Positions 17,604-28,368 of a DNA stretch of 47,493 nucleotides are shown here, piece by piece. The notes beneath the pieces are model-generated. The model made no database searches. It had not been told where the DNA came from and saw nothing but the letters and a program-made list of their open reading frames with translations. This DNA comes from Bacteroidales bacterium. Lineage in GTDB: Bacteria; Bacteroidota; Bacteroidia; Bacteroidales; DTU049. The stretch covers positions 1-47,493 of the forward strand of contig JAPXMM010000001.1 of NCBI GenBank assembly GCA_033809015.1. Direction: 5' to 3'. Positions within the stretch are counted from its first letter, which is position 1, and each line of letters begins with the position of its first letter. A program made the translations under genes and the position numbers.

Positions 17604-18656
17604 TTATAAACTCATTTTTTGCTTATTAAGTTCTATAAATTCATAATCTGGTTTAGAAACAAAAATATCTTGTTTAATTGTAGATAATTTATTTAAGGTA
17701 GCTTTTATGGCAATTTCAGAAATATCTATTCCAATCCAGGTTCTATTATTTAATTGTGCAGATTTTAATGTTGTACCGGATCCACAAAAGCAATCTAAAA
17801 CAATACTATTTTCATTAGAAGAAGTTTTAATAATTAAATCTAATAAATCTTGATTTTTTTCTGTTGGATAAGTAGGATATTGAGGATCTTTGAATTCCCA
17901 AATATCTTGCATTCTTTTGCCAATATTTTCATCAGCATAAATAATTTTTCTTGGATTTCCAGTAGAAGACCATTCTATTAAACCTTGATTATCCCATTGT
18001 TCTAAAGTATCAACATCTACTCTCCAGTGACGCCCCTTTGGAGGTAATAATCCCTTAAAAGGCATATTAGTTTTTCCATTAACGGTTTCACCTGGTGCGT
18101 GAATAGGCACAGTAGTATAACGGCGACCTTGTTTATTAATTTTAGGGAATAATTTTTCAATATCTTTTTGTGAATATTTCACAATCGGTTCATTCCATAT
18201 AGGGTTTGCTGTTTTAGTATAAAATAAAATCATATCTTTGATATTTCCATAACCTATTTTATTAAAATTTTTAGGATTACATTTAATACGTGTAATATCA
18301 TTTCTAAAATTTTCGATGCCAAAAATTTCGTCCATCATAACCTTAACATAATGCCCAATTTTGTAATCTATATGCAAATAAATAGAACCTTTGTCTGACA
18401 ATAATTCATATAATAAAATTATCCTATCTTTTAAAAATTTAATGTAATCATCCCCTTTTATATTGTCTGTATATGCTACAGTCCCCTTTTTAGAATTACT
18501 TATAGTAGATGCACGATCATCTGTTATTGTGAAATTATTACCAGTAGCAAAAGGTGGATCTATGTATATTAGATCTATTTTCCCTTTTAATTGTCTATCA
18601 TTTATAAGGTATTCTAATGCAACAAGATTTTCACCATGTATTAATAAACTTTTCAT
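17604..18656 (-). CDS. Beta-class DNA methyltransferase (N6-adenine or N4-cytosine) of a type II R-M pair
   Basis: Motif IV IYIDPPFATG is near the N-terminus and motif I VLDCFCGSGTT near the C-terminus, which is the beta-class order. Confidence 0.85.
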   Translation of the reverse strand: MKSLLIHGENLVALEYLINDRQLKGKIDLIYIDPPFATGNNFTITDDRASTISNSKKGTVAYTDNIKGDDYIKFLKDRIILLYELLSDKGSIYLHIDYKIGHYVKVMMDEIFGIENFRNDITRIKCNPKNFNKIGYGNIKDMILFYTKTANPIWNEPIVKYSQKDIEKLFPKINKQGRRYTTVPIHAPGETVNGKTNMPFKGLLPPKGRHWRVDVDTLEQWDNQGLIEWSSTGNPRKIIYADENIGKRMQDIWEFKDPQYPTYPTEKNQDLLDLIIKTSSNENSIVLDCFCGSGTTLKSAQLNNRTWIGIDISEIAIKATLNKLSTIKQDIFVSKPDYEFIELNKQKMSL

Positions 18657-18659
18657 TTT

Positions 18660-19442
18660 CTATATTTGATATAAGAATTCTCTTAAAACTAATGTACTCA
18701 TTATATTATGATTTTTATATTTACCTGTTATCTCTTTATACATTTTATTATTTCCTGGAATATATAAAACCCCATCTAATATGGCAACTTTTATAGTTTT
18801 TACATTTTTTAGTTTGAATATATTTAAGGCCTCATTAAATTGTGCATTTTGATGACCTCCAAAATCTGTTAAAAATTTAGTTTCACCGATAATATATTTA
18901 TTATTAAAACGTCCAATAAAATCCAGCCCTTTATCATGATTATAATTTAATTCGTCTTTTGCAAATTGTAATAAAATTTGATCGCTTCCCTTTAAAATGG
19001 CATCATTTTTAGTAGAAATAAAATTTTCTAAATTTAAAGGTTCGATACCTAATGATTTTTGGTTGATCCAGTTTTTAAACATTGGACCTATTTGCCTATT
19101 AGTTTCTTTAGGTTCACTACATCTTTCATATAAATTATCAAGACCTATTTCATATATTCGTCCACATATACGATTTACTGTTTTAGGATTTCTTTCTATT
19201 GCAGATGGGTCTCTTTTGAGATATGCGATATAACTATCTTTTATGGGAAATAGTGGCAGTTTTAATGTTTCTTTTATTAAAAGTTTATTATCCTTTTTAT
19301 TAAAAGCACTTTCTATATTATCCCAGAGTCGCTGATCAATTTCTCTTATTCCCTCTGGTATAGTAGGATAAACCTTAAATAAATCATCAAGATATGATCT
19401 TTGATTAGCATATTCTATACTTAATTCCAACCAATGATTCAT
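18660..19442 (-). CDS. Putative type II restriction endonuclease (PD-(D/E)XK), cognate to the adjacent methyltransferase
   Basis: Stops 3 nt before the methyltransferase start on the same strand. Candidate catalytic motif GLDFIGRFNNKYIIGETKF (D-x12-ExK). No named family recognised. Start taken at MNHWLEL (19442); the ORF-track start at 19475 is also possible. Confidence 0.55.
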   Translation of the reverse strand: MNHWLELSIEYANQRSYLDDLFKVYPTIPEGIREIDQRLWDNIESAFNKKDNKLLIKETLKLPLFPIKDSYIAYLKRDPSAIERNPKTVNRICGRIYEIGLDNLYERCSEPKETNRQIGPMFKNWINQKSLGIEPLNLENFISTKNDAILKGSDQILLQFAKDELNYNHDKGLDFIGRFNNKYIIGETKFLTDFGGHQNAQFNEALNIFKLKNVKTIKVAILDGVLYIPGNNKMYKEITGKYKNHNIMSTLVLREFLYQI

Positions 19443-19734
19443 TATTTTTTTACAAATATATAAAAAATTTACCATTTAGATAAGTAGCAAAATTTAATGT
19501 CTAATTTGCAGATTCTCGAATGATTAGACAGATTTATAAAGTCTATAATGATTATCTTGTTTTTATACTTTATCAAAAATTTTTTTTGATAAATTGTTGG
19601 TGCAATTCATGAATTGTCTCAATGAATTACTCCATATAAAAAACAATAGTAGAAGCCATATTACCTTACGCCTAATCATCATAATATTTATAGATCAGAC
19701 AAAAAAGTTATCAAACTTATTAAACATCATTTAC

Positions 19735-19742
19735 TATTTTTG
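19735..19742 (+). promoter_or_regulatory. -7 box TAnnTTTG upstream of the LptD-like gene
   Basis: 'tatttttg' lies 48 nt upstream of the GTG start at 19790. Confidence 0.4.
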
Positions 19743-19789
19743 CAGTTAATTTGCAAAAAAATTGTAATTTAACCTTTTGATTATTTAAA

Positions 19790-22300
19790 GTGCAAAAAAG
19801 AGTTTATCTGCTTTCTATCTTGATATTTATTGATTTTTTTGCTTTGATAGGGCAAAACTCCGATACTTTATTGCAGAGTAATCAAATGCAGGACACTATA
19901 ATTACACAAAATGGAGATACTACTAAACTACACATTGCTAAAAGTAGTCAAGCTATTGATAAAAAAGTAGATTATCAATCTAAAGATAGCTTGGTCATGG
20001 AGATGAAAAATAAAAAAATAACTCTGTACGAAAATGCTAAGGTTGTTTATGGTGACCTGACTCTCACTGCAGGTATTATAAAAATAGATTTTGATAAAAA
20101 TCTGGTTTATGCTTATGGTATTTTCAAAGATTCTATTTATTCTCAAAGACCTAATTTCGTTCAAGGTACTCAAATTTTTTTAGCTGATTCGTTAGTTTAT
20201 AATATTAATACAGAAAAAGGATTAGTTTATAATGTATATTCTAAACAAGGTGATGGCTACCTACATGGCAAATATATAAAGCGAGAAAATGATAGCGTCA
20301 TATTAGTAAAAACTGGTGGTTTCACTACCTGCGAATTAACGCACCCACATTATATCATCCGATTTGATAAAGCAAAAGTAATCACCGACAAAGAAATTAT
20401 AACTGGTCCAGTATGGTTAGAAATCGAAGATATTACTCTACCTATTGGGTTGCCAATGGGTTTTTTCCCTACTCAAACAAAACGTAAATCAGGTATATTA
20501 ATTCCTACTTTTGGTGAAAGTGCTAATAGAGGTTTCTTTTTAGAAAACGGTGGTTATTATTTCGGCATTTCTGATTATGTAGATTTAGCTTTACGTGGTG
20601 ATATCTATTCTAGAGGTAGCTGGGCTCTCAAAACAGAAACTAATTATAAGAAGAGATATAAATATGAGGGTAATTTTCAAGCTAGTTTTGCTCATAATAA
20701 ATTTGGTGAAAAGGGCTTTAGTAATTATGAAGTTTATAATGATTTTTTTGTCCGCTGGACTCATAAACAGGACCCCAAAGCTCATCCTACCAATAGATTT
20801 AATGCAAATGTACAATTAGGTTCTTCCAATTATAATAAATTTAATCCATCATCTGCTAATGATTATTTATCCAATACTTTCTCTTCGTCTATTTCATATT
20901 CTACCATACTATTTAGGACTTTTAACCTCAGTCTCAATGCTAGACATACACAGAGCAATACTACTCATCGTGTAGATGTTTCATTACCAGATATTAATCT
21001 ATCTTCTAATACTATTTATCCTCTACGACCAAAAAAGTTGACTAAACCTCTGAAATGGTATCAAAATTTGAATTTCAGATATCAGCTGCAAGCTAAAAAT
21101 AATCTCTCTCGACCAGATAGTATTTTTTTCAAAAATCTTAGTTTGAATGATTTTAATATGGGTATTCAACATAATTTACCTATTTCATTAAATATTAATC
21201 TTTTAAAATATTTACAATGGTCTAATCAGTTTAATACAAATTGGCGTTGGTATTTTAAGACTATTGATAAAACATGGAATCCTATTGATAGCACTGTTGC
21301 CATCGATACTGTATTCAAATTTAGAACTCCATTAGATATATCATATTCTACTTCTTTATCCACCAGGTTATATGCATTGTATTCATTTGGTAAATTTCCT
21401 TTACGAGTTATCAGACATGTCATCACTCCATCTATTAGTTACACTTGGAGACCAGATTTTAGCAAAGATCCATGGAATTATTACGATAATTATCTTTATC
21501 CTAATGGAGAGCAATGGTATAGCCCATTTGAAGGAACTATTTTTGGCTATCCATCTAGAGGCAAATCATCTGCTATCAGCTTAATGATTTCTAATAATTT
21601 AGAAGCTAAAGTGAGACAAAGAACAGATACTGGCGAGATGTTAAAAAAAATCGTTTTGATAGAAAATTTATCTATTAGTTCCAGTTATAATTTTGCAGCT
21701 GATAGTTTCCAGTTATCACCAGTTATAATTTCTGCTCGTACAAAATTGTTTAAAAATTTTGAACTTCGTTACGCTTTAGGATTAGATCCATACTATTATG
21801 ACTCGGCTGGCAAACGTATTGATGAATTTCAATATAATGTAAATAAAAAATTATTTAATACCCAAAATCAAGAATGGAATTTCAGTGGTAATTTTATTTT
21901 AAAATATCCAAATGTCAAAAAAAATCAATCTCAGCAAGCAAGCAGCTCTACTAAAAAGACATATCCTAATTTTAATGTTACCTTCGGTATAAATCTGAGA
22001 CATTACAGTACATATATTCCTGAGACAAATATAGATTTTACTAAATCAGTTATTGCTAACGGTAATGTAGAGTTTACACCTAATTGGAGTATTTCATTTA
22101 TGACTGGTTATGACTTTGATTTGAAAGATTTTACTTACACTTCTATTAATATTCACCGCGATTTGCATTGCTGGGAAATAATATTAAACTGGATTCCTAC
22201 AGGTTTTCGCAAATCATATAATTTCACCATTCGCATTAAATCTCCTATGCTACAAGATGTCAAATTAACTAAGAAAACTGATTGGAGAGATTACTATTAA
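19790..22300 (+). CDS. lptD: Large outer-membrane protein, putative LPS-assembly protein LptD (Bacteroidota type)
   Basis: Signal peptide. N-terminal OstA-like segment (ITLYENAKVVYGDLTLTAGIIKIDFDKNLVYAYG). Long beta-rich C-terminal region. GTG start. Confidence 0.55.
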   Translation: MQKRVYLLSILIFIDFFALIGQNSDTLLQSNQMQDTIITQNGDTTKLHIAKSSQAIDKKVDYQSKDSLVMEMKNKKITLYENAKVVYGDLTLTAGIIKIDFDKNLVYAYGIFKDSIYSQRPNFVQGTQIFLADSLVYNINTEKGLVYNVYSKQGDGYLHGKYIKRENDSVILVKTGGFTTCELTHPHYIIRFDKAKVITDKEIITGPVWLEIEDITLPIGLPMGFFPTQTKRKSGILIPTFGESANRGFFLENGGYYFGISDYVDLALRGDIYSRGSWALKTETNYKKRYKYEGNFQASFAHNKFGEKGFSNYEVYNDFFVRWTHKQDPKAHPTNRFNANVQLGSSNYNKFNPSSANDYLSNTFSSSISYSTILFRTFNLSLNARHTQSNTTHRVDVSLPDINLSSNTIYPLRPKKLTKPLKWYQNLNFRYQLQAKNNLSRPDSIFFKNLSLNDFNMGIQHNLPISLNINLLKYLQWSNQFNTNWRWYFKTIDKTWNPIDSTVAIDTVFKFRTPLDISYSTSLSTRLYALYSFGKFPLRVIRHVITPSISYTWRPDFSKDPWNYYDNYLYPNGEQWYSPFEGTIFGYPSRGKSSAISLMISNNLEAKVRQRTDTGEMLKKIVLIENLSISSSYNFAADSFQLSPVIISARTKLFKNFELRYALGLDPYYYDSAGKRIDEFQYNVNKKLFNTQNQEWNFSGNFILKYPNVKKNQSQQASSSTKKTYPNFNVTFGINLRHYSTYIPETNIDFTKSVIANGNVEFTPNWSISFMTGYDFDLKDFTYTSINIHRDLHCWEIILNWIPTGFRKSYNFTIRIKSPMLQDVKLTKKTDWRDYY

Positions 22301-22329
22301 TTCTGATATTTTTTTAAAAATAAGTAATT

Positions 22330-22492
22330 AAAATAGGCATTTAGATAATGAAATTTTTTAAATTTTTTTGTATTTTTAAGAATAACCTTAAAATTACAAT
22401 TTTTTTTAAAATAATTACTCTCTTAAGAAATATAACGATTGCTGTGATTGTATCAGTAATAATTTAGTTATTAAATAAATGTACTATTAAAT
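22330..22492. repeat. MITE-like intergenic repeat, copy 3 (short)
   Basis: 5' end is 'aaaataggcatttagataatgaaatttttt' and 3' end is 'agtaataatttagttattaaataaatgtactatt'. Confidence 0.55.
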
Positions 22493-22537
22493 TAAGTAAA
22501 TTTGTTTTAATTTTGTAAATCAAAAAATTAATTAACT

Positions 22538-22987
22538 ATGTCATTAATAGAGAAAATAACTAAAGATATCATGGCAGCTATGAAAAACCATGAATCTGAT
22601 AAATTGGATGCCCTCAGAGCTATCAAATCTGCATTATTATTAGCTCAAACAGAAGGTAGTGCTAAAAAAGAATTAACCGAAGATGATGAAATAAAAGTTT
22701 TACAGCGTTTATACAAGCAAAGAATAGAATCTGCAGAAATTTATAATAACAATAATAGAACTGATCTAGCTGATATAGAGCTCTCACAAGCTGCTATTAT
22801 AAAAACTTATCTACCTGCGCAGCTTTCAGATGAAGAAATAGAAAACGAAGTGAAAAAAGTCATAAATGAGCTAAATGCTACTTCTATAAAGGATATGGGA
22901 AAAGTTATGGGAGTCGTTTCTAAATCTTTAGCTGGTAAAGCAGATAATGCTACGATTTCTAATATTGTTAAAAAACTTTTAAGCTAA
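22538..22987 (+). CDS. GatB/YqeY domain-containing protein
   Basis: MSLIEKITKDIMAAMKNHESDKLDALRAIKSALL..., ...YLPAQLSDEEI...MGKVMG. Size and pattern are typical of YqeY. Confidence 0.85.
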   Translation: MSLIEKITKDIMAAMKNHESDKLDALRAIKSALLLAQTEGSAKKELTEDDEIKVLQRLYKQRIESAEIYNNNNRTDLADIELSQAAIIKTYLPAQLSDEEIENEVKKVINELNATSIKDMGKVMGVVSKSLAGKADNATISNIVKKLLS

Positions 22988-23020
22988 TATATAAAACTTT
23001 ATTAAAATAAATTGAATTCT

Positions 23021-24010
23021 ATGCTCAATGTTGCTCTAATGTATGGTGGATATTCTGGCGAGCGAGATATCAGCATCAAAAGTGCAGATATGATAGCTAA
23101 AAATATCGATAAAAACATATATAATGTTTATCTAATTGATGTACAAAAAGATAAATGGCTTTGCAAAGATTTAAACAATAATGAAGTAGAATTACTACTA
23201 AATGATTTCTCTGCAAACTTTAATAACCAAAAAATTAATTTTGATGTGGCTTTTATAATCATTCATGGTACACCTGGCGAAAATGGTTTATTAGAAGGGT
23301 ATCTCGAAATGAAAAATATACCTCATACTACTTGCTCTGCTTCAGTATCTATGCTTACTTTTAATAAATATTATTGCAAATCTATCGTTAATGATAGTAA
23401 ATTGGTTTCTTTAGCTCCATCAGTGTATTTTCCATTTCCTTTGCCATATAAAGACTTAATCGATAAAATAAAACATTTAAATTTCCCATTATTTATAAAA
23501 CCAGCTAATAGTGGGAGTAGTGTCGGCCTTAGCAAAATTTATAATATCAATGAATTAGACACAGCTCTACAATTAGCATGGAAATATGATAAAGAAATAT
23601 TAATAGAGCAAGGGATCAAAGGTAGAGAACTCACTTGTGGCGTTTTCGGCTACAATGATAATATCATCGCTCTGCCAGTAACTGAGGTTATTTCTAAAAA
23701 AGATTTTTTCGATTACGAGGCGAAATATACTCCAGGAATGTCTGATGAAATAACTCCTGCTGATATTAGCAAGGATTTATCCGATTTGATACAATCAACA
23801 TCAAAAAATTTGTATAAATATCTATCATGCTTTGGTGTAGTCAGATTCGATTATATATGGGATGGTAAAGAATTATTTTTTTTAGAGGTTAATACTATTC
23901 CTGGAATGAGTGAAGCATCTATTGTTCCTGTACAAGCTAAAATTGCTGGATATTCACTTTCTCAACTGATTAATATGCTAATAGAGAATGCTATAAGTAG
24001 AAAATTTTAA
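23021..24010 (+). CDS. ddl: D-alanine--D-alanine ligase
   Basis: VALMYGGYSGERDISIKS, FIIIHGTPGENGLLEGYLE, FIKPANSGSSVGLSK and FLEVNTIPGMSEASI. ATG at 23021 preferred over the TTG at 23012. Confidence 0.9.
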   Translation: MLNVALMYGGYSGERDISIKSADMIAKNIDKNIYNVYLIDVQKDKWLCKDLNNNEVELLLNDFSANFNNQKINFDVAFIIIHGTPGENGLLEGYLEMKNIPHTTCSASVSMLTFNKYYCKSIVNDSKLVSLAPSVYFPFPLPYKDLIDKIKHLNFPLFIKPANSGSSVGLSKIYNINELDTALQLAWKYDKEILIEQGIKGRELTCGVFGYNDNIIALPVTEVISKKDFFDYEAKYTPGMSDEITPADISKDLSDLIQSTSKNLYKYLSCFGVVRFDYIWDGKELFFLEVNTIPGMSEASIVPVQAKIAGYSLSQLINMLIENAISRKF

Positions 24011-24016
24011 TTTATT

Positions 24017-24291
24017 AAATTTCGTTTTAATAATAAATTTTTATTCAAATTTTATTATTAAAGGAATATTTTTACAATCAATCGTAAGCTCAAATTAATA
24101 TCGCATGGGGAAATGATTTGCAATAAAACACATCGTAGTAGGGGCGTATAATTATACGCCCCTACATATTATATAAATTTTATCAAATCAGACATTTCTT
24201 TTTAAAACAAATCAAACTACACTTTTAAGAAATAAATTATTATTGATAAATTCAAAATTATTATTTAGTTATTAATTATACGTTTAATTAA
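24017..24291. repeat. MITE-like intergenic repeat, copy 4, containing a GC-rich perfect palindrome
   Basis: 5' end is 'aaatttcgttttaataataaattttt'. Internal 'cgcatggggaaatgatttgcaataaaaca' is the left arm of the foldback seen at 37554. 28-nt palindrome at 24138-24165. 3' end is 'ttatttagttattaattatacgtttaatta'. Confidence 0.55.
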
Positions 24292-24333
24292 ATTAATTTA
24301 TTTTGAACTATTATTCTTCATAAAATCGCAAAT

Positions 24334-25716
24334 TTAATCATCCATTCTATACATTGGATCCCAACTAGGCAAAAGTATTGGTTTTTGTTCTAACAATTTT
24401 AAAGTTTCTGCAGAGAAATATTTTTTATTGACAACTAATCTGAAAAGATATTCATCCATCCATTGATCAGTCATTATCAAGTTACCCTTATATCCAGCAT
24501 TACCCCAGCTATTTTCTATTAACCAGCGAGTAGGCACATCATTATTATCTGTATCTACACCTATGATGTTCATCCCATGCGAAGATCCACTAGCAAAAGT
24601 TAAAATTCTTTGTTTTTTATCCATTCTAAATGGCATATCTAATAGTTTATCATACATATAATTATTCACATCTAGTAAACCTATATTATTGTTTAATTGC
24701 TTGCCTACATCACAAGAAAAATACATTGGCATAGAATCTTTAAGAGATTTTAAAGCTAAAGCTTTTATTTCATTCATAGGCAGATTGAGATATTTCCAGT
24801 TTATACCTTCTACCATATTCCTATCATATTCTATCTCATAAACCTTATAATATGGTCTAGTCGGATCATTCATCAGCATCACGAAATCATTGAAATTAAT
24901 TTCTATTATTTCTTTATAAAAGCTCATGGGAGTATAGGTTTTCACCTCAGTAGGTTTATTATTTTTATCAACAAATCTATAAGAAAATGTCGTTGGTGGC
25001 TCACCAAAAGCGTAAACTAGTATACGATAAATTTCACTTAAAGCATCCAATTTCATTTTTTGTAAATCCACTTTTTTATTATTAGCATAGGCTTCTCTCA
25101 TTATAATGCCGTGTTCGCGCAGTTTAGTAGCCATGATAGATGAAATCTCACTAGTGTTATTGCTATGATAAGTTTCTGGCATTACTTCTGCCGGTACCAG
25201 TCCATATTTATCTACTAAATTTACAAAACTAGACCACACACCACCATCACCGATAGGATTTTTGAACCACCATTCTACTTGTCTGTCGTCCATAGGTTTG
25301 TTAATGGTAGTAATTATTCCTTCTAAAAATAAATTGGCTTTTTCTAATTGATCATAAAAAAATAGATAAGCATATGAAAATTCGAAATTTGATAAATTAT
25401 ATTTTTGAATGATAAAAGGACGAATAGTATTCATGCTTGCAAACATCCAGCATCTACCAGAGCGTTTTTGATCTGTAGGTTTTCCTGTTTTAATTTGATA
25501 TTTGAAATATGGATCAGGCTCACTGCGTAATTGAGGATTTAAAGATAATTTTTTAATTGGATTTTCTATTATTGCTGATTGTATGCCAGGATGAAATTCT
25601 TTGTAGGCATTCTCTTTTATTTTTTCTAACTCCACATTTGAAATAGTGTTTTGAGCCCAACCATTAATTGATGAGATCAGAATAAATATACAAATTATTA
25701 TTGATTTTAGTTTCAT
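24334..25716 (-). CDS. pepC: Aminopeptidase C / bleomycin-hydrolase-like cysteine peptidase (C1B), secreted form
   Basis: Active-site QKRSGRCWMFA. C-terminal ...HGMNIIGVD...WLIENSWG. An N-terminal signal peptide is present. Confidence 0.85.
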   Translation of the reverse strand: MKLKSIIICIFILISSINGWAQNTISNVELEKIKENAYKEFHPGIQSAIIENPIKKLSLNPQLRSEPDPYFKYQIKTGKPTDQKRSGRCWMFASMNTIRPFIIQKYNLSNFEFSYAYLFFYDQLEKANLFLEGIITTINKPMDDRQVEWWFKNPIGDGGVWSSFVNLVDKYGLVPAEVMPETYHSNNTSEISSIMATKLREHGIIMREAYANNKKVDLQKMKLDALSEIYRILVYAFGEPPTTFSYRFVDKNNKPTEVKTYTPMSFYKEIIEINFNDFVMLMNDPTRPYYKVYEIEYDRNMVEGINWKYLNLPMNEIKALALKSLKDSMPMYFSCDVGKQLNNNIGLLDVNNYMYDKLLDMPFRMDKKQRILTFASGSSHGMNIIGVDTDNNDVPTRWLIENSWGNAGYKGNLIMTDQWMDEYLFRLVVNKKYFSAETLKLLEQKPILLPSWDPMYRMDD

Positions 25717-25786
25717 AATTTATTTTTTTAGCAAAGTTAAAAGGTTTTTTTGATTTCGCTAAATGAAATTAAACTTATTCACTTTT

Positions 25787-27049
25787 TCAAGAGCCGAAAT
25801 CATCAAAAGCTATATTCTCTTGAGGTACACCGAGGCTATCCAATAGATTTAGTACAGCATTTAGCATGGCAGGAGGGCCACAGATATAGTATTCGCACTC
25901 TTCTGGTTCAGGATGATTTTTTAGATAATTTTCATATAAAACTTGATGAATAAAGCCAACGGAGCCATTCCAATTATCTTCGGGCTTAGGTTCTGATAGA
26001 GCAACAACAAATTTAAAATTAGGATTTTCAGCTTCTAATTGTTTATATTGATCTATGTAAAAAAGTTCTCTCAGTGAGCGACCGCCATACCAAAAAGATA
26101 CTTTACGTTTGGTATGTAATGTTTTGAAAAGGTGGAAAATATGACTACGCATAGGTGCCATACCAGCACCGCCACCGATGAATATCATTTCTTTGTTAGT
26201 ATCTTTTAAATGAAATTCACCATAAGGGCCAGATATTTTCACTTTATCACCTGGCTTGAGAGAGAAAATATAGCTAGAGCAAATGCCTGGTGGCACATCC
26301 ATAAATTTATTTTTACTCCTATCCCATGGTGGAGTTGCTATGCGAACGTTTAACATTACTATGTCATTTTCTGCTGGATAATTAGCCATTGAGTAAGCTC
26401 TAAAAGTACTTTCTTTGTTTATCAGTTTTAGATTCCATACACCTAATTTATCCCATTCGTCTCTAAATTCTTCCTCTACATAAATATCTTTTGAGTAATC
26501 AACGATGATATTCTCAGGTACATAGATTTGAATATATTCTCCACTATTAAAGTTTAATATTTCACCATCAGGTAATTTTAGCACTAATTCTTTGATGAAA
26601 GTAGCTACATTTTTATTAGATACTACTTCACATTCCCATTGTTTAACGCCAAGGATATTCTCAGGTACTTTTATTTCTAAATCTTCTTTCACTTTCACTT
26701 GGCATCCTAGTCGCCAATTATCTATAATTTGTCTTCTATTAAAAAAGCCAACTTCTGTAGGTAGAATGCTACCACCACCTTTCAGCACTTGAACTTTACA
26801 CAATCCGCAAGTGCCACTACCACCACAAGCTGAAGGGAGATAGATTGAATTATAAGATAAAGTCATCAATAGACTATTTCCTGGTTCAGTAATGACTTCC
26901 TTTTCCCCATTAATATTTATTTTGACTTCACCTTTTGGGCTAAGTTTACTTTTAGCAAAAAGTAGTCCTATTACTAATAAAATAATAATGAGACCAAATA
27001 TCACGAAACTTATTAAAATATAATTAATTAAAGACATCAAGATTACCAT
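25787..27049 (-). CDS. nqrF: Na+-translocating NADH:quinone oxidoreductase subunit F
   Basis: N-terminal TM helix. 2Fe-2S motif [12 protein letters not shown]...C. FAD/NADH motifs RAYSMANYP and [13 protein letters not shown]. Confidence 0.9.
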   Translation of the reverse strand: MVILMSLINYILISFVIFGLIIILLVIGLLFAKSKLSPKGEVKININGEKEVITEPGNSLLMTLSYNSIYLPSACGGSGTCGLCKVQVLKGGGSILPTEVGFFNRRQIIDNWRLGCQVKVKEDLEIKVPENILGVKQWECEVVSNKNVATFIKELVLKLPDGEILNFNSGEYIQIYVPENIIVDYSKDIYVEEEFRDEWDKLGVWNLKLINKESTFRAYSMANYPAENDIVMLNVRIATPPWDRSKNKFMDVPPGICSSYIFSLKPGDKVKISGPYGEFHLKDTNKEMIFIGGGAGMAPMRSHIFHLFKTLHTKRKVSFWYGGRSLRELFYIDQYKQLEAENPNFKFVVALSEPKPEDNWNGSVGFIHQVLYENYLKNHPEPEECEYYICGPPAMLNAVLNLLDSLGVPQENIAFDDFGS

Positions 27050-27061
27050 AGATAATAAATT

Positions 27062-27679
27062 TTAAATTGTGATACCTAAAAAACTCATAAAGGCTATTGC
27101 CATTAAGCCAGTAATAATAAAAGCTATGCCTGTACCGTGTAATGGTTTTGGTATATTACTATAAGATAATTTTTCTCTAATAGCTGCTATAGAAATAATA
27201 GCTAACCACCAGCCAATGCCGCTACCTAGAGCAAAAAAGAAACTCTCACCGAATGTCTGCAGACCTCTCTCTTGCATGAATAATGAAGCTCCCATAATTG
27301 CACAGTTTACAGCGATCAATGGTAAAAAGATACCAAGAGAATTATATAAAGATGGTAGAAATTTTTCCACTACCATTTCTACTAGCTGTGTAATAGCTGC
27401 TATTACTGCAATGAAAATTATAAAACTTAGAAATCCAAGGTCTACATTAGCTAGAGATGGACTGATGAAAGATAAAGCTCCTGGCAATAAAAGGTATTTA
27501 TTAATTAAAAAATTAACTGGTACAGTAAATATCAAAACAAAAATAACAGCTATTCCCAATCCGTTACTTGTTTTGACAGTTTTAGACACTGCTAGATATG
27601 AGCACATACCTAGGAAGTAAGCAAATATCATATTATCTATGAAAATGCTTCGTATGAATATATTAATTAAGTCTTGCAT
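27062..27679 (-). CDS. nqrE: Na+-translocating NADH:quinone oxidoreductase subunit E
   Basis: Polytopic RnfA/NqrE-type membrane protein (IFVLIFTVP..., AVNCAIMG). Lies directly upstream of nqrF. Confidence 0.85.
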   Translation of the reverse strand: MQDLINIFIRSIFIDNMIFAYFLGMCSYLAVSKTVKTSNGLGIAVIFVLIFTVPVNFLINKYLLLPGALSFISPSLANVDLGFLSFIIFIAVIAAITQLVEMVVEKFLPSLYNSLGIFLPLIAVNCAIMGASLFMQERGLQTFGESFFFALGSGIGWWLAIISIAAIREKLSYSNIPKPLHGTGIAFIITGLMAIAFMSFLGITI

Positions 27680-27685
27680 ATTATC

Positions 27686-28342
27686 TTAATTTTTATCTAT
27701 TAATTCTTTATTGAAACTTCTATGTATCCATATTATCACACCAATTAATATCAATGCCATTGGTGGTAAAATCATAAGTCCATTATTTACATAACCAGCA
27801 TTATAAAATGATTGAGGAATAATGTGATAGCCTAATAAAGTGCCACTACCTAGTAGTTCTCTCACAAAAGCTACAATAATTAAAATTAATCCATAACCAG
27901 CACCATTACCTATTCCGTCTAAAAAAGAATTCCATGGAGTATTACTACTTGCAAAAGCTTCTAATCTACCCATTATAATGCAATTAGTAATTATTAATCC
28001 GACAAATACAGATAACTGTTTACTCACATCATAAACAAAAGCTTTTAATACTTGATCTACTAATATAACTAAAACTGACACAATGACTAATTGTACAATA
28101 ATCCTAATACTTGGTGGTACAGTTTTTCTAATTAGTGAATAAATGAGATTAGAAAATGCTACAACAACGGTTACTGATATTGCCATTACAATTGCTGGTT
28201 CTAACTTAGCAGTTACAGCTAATGCACTACATATTCCTAAAATTTGTACAATTATAGGATTATTATTGCTCAATGGATCAGTTAAAGGTTTTAAATTCTT
28301 TTTTAAAAATACCGATTTTTTAATTGGCTTACTTTCATCCAT
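27686..28342 (-). CDS. nqrD: Na+-translocating NADH:quinone oxidoreductase subunit D
   Basis: RnfE/NqrD-type membrane protein ([27 protein letters not shown]). Lies 6 nt upstream of nqrE. Confidence 0.85.
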   Translation of the reverse strand: MDESKPIKKSVFLKKNLKPLTDPLSNNNPIIVQILGICSALAVTAKLEPAIVMAISVTVVVAFSNLIYSLIRKTVPPSIRIIVQLVIVSVLVILVDQVLKAFVYDVSKQLSVFVGLIITNCIIMGRLEAFASSNTPWNSFLDGIGNGAGYGLILIIVAFVRELLGSGTLLGYHIIPQSFYNAGYVNNGLMILPPMALILIGVIIWIHRSFNKELIDKN

Positions 28343-28368
28343 AATTATTCAGATTAAAATATTATTTG

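Noticed and set aside
27216-27620. 134-aa plus-strand ORF inside nqrE. Similar antisense ORFs lie at 2080-2283, 4485-4679, 10118-10426, 10818-11006, 11137-11376, 14814-15005, 15588-16701, 18463-18669, 18997-19233, 19928-21584, 25750-25953, 26592-26792, 28143-28379, 31711-31959, 33237-33743, 35234-35422, 36277-36513, 39172-39438, 42628-42813, 43964-44167 and 46658-46852.
   Set aside because: They lie wholly within, or antisense to, well-supported genes. They have low-complexity composition typical of shadow ORFs in AT-rich DNA, and no recognisable motifs.
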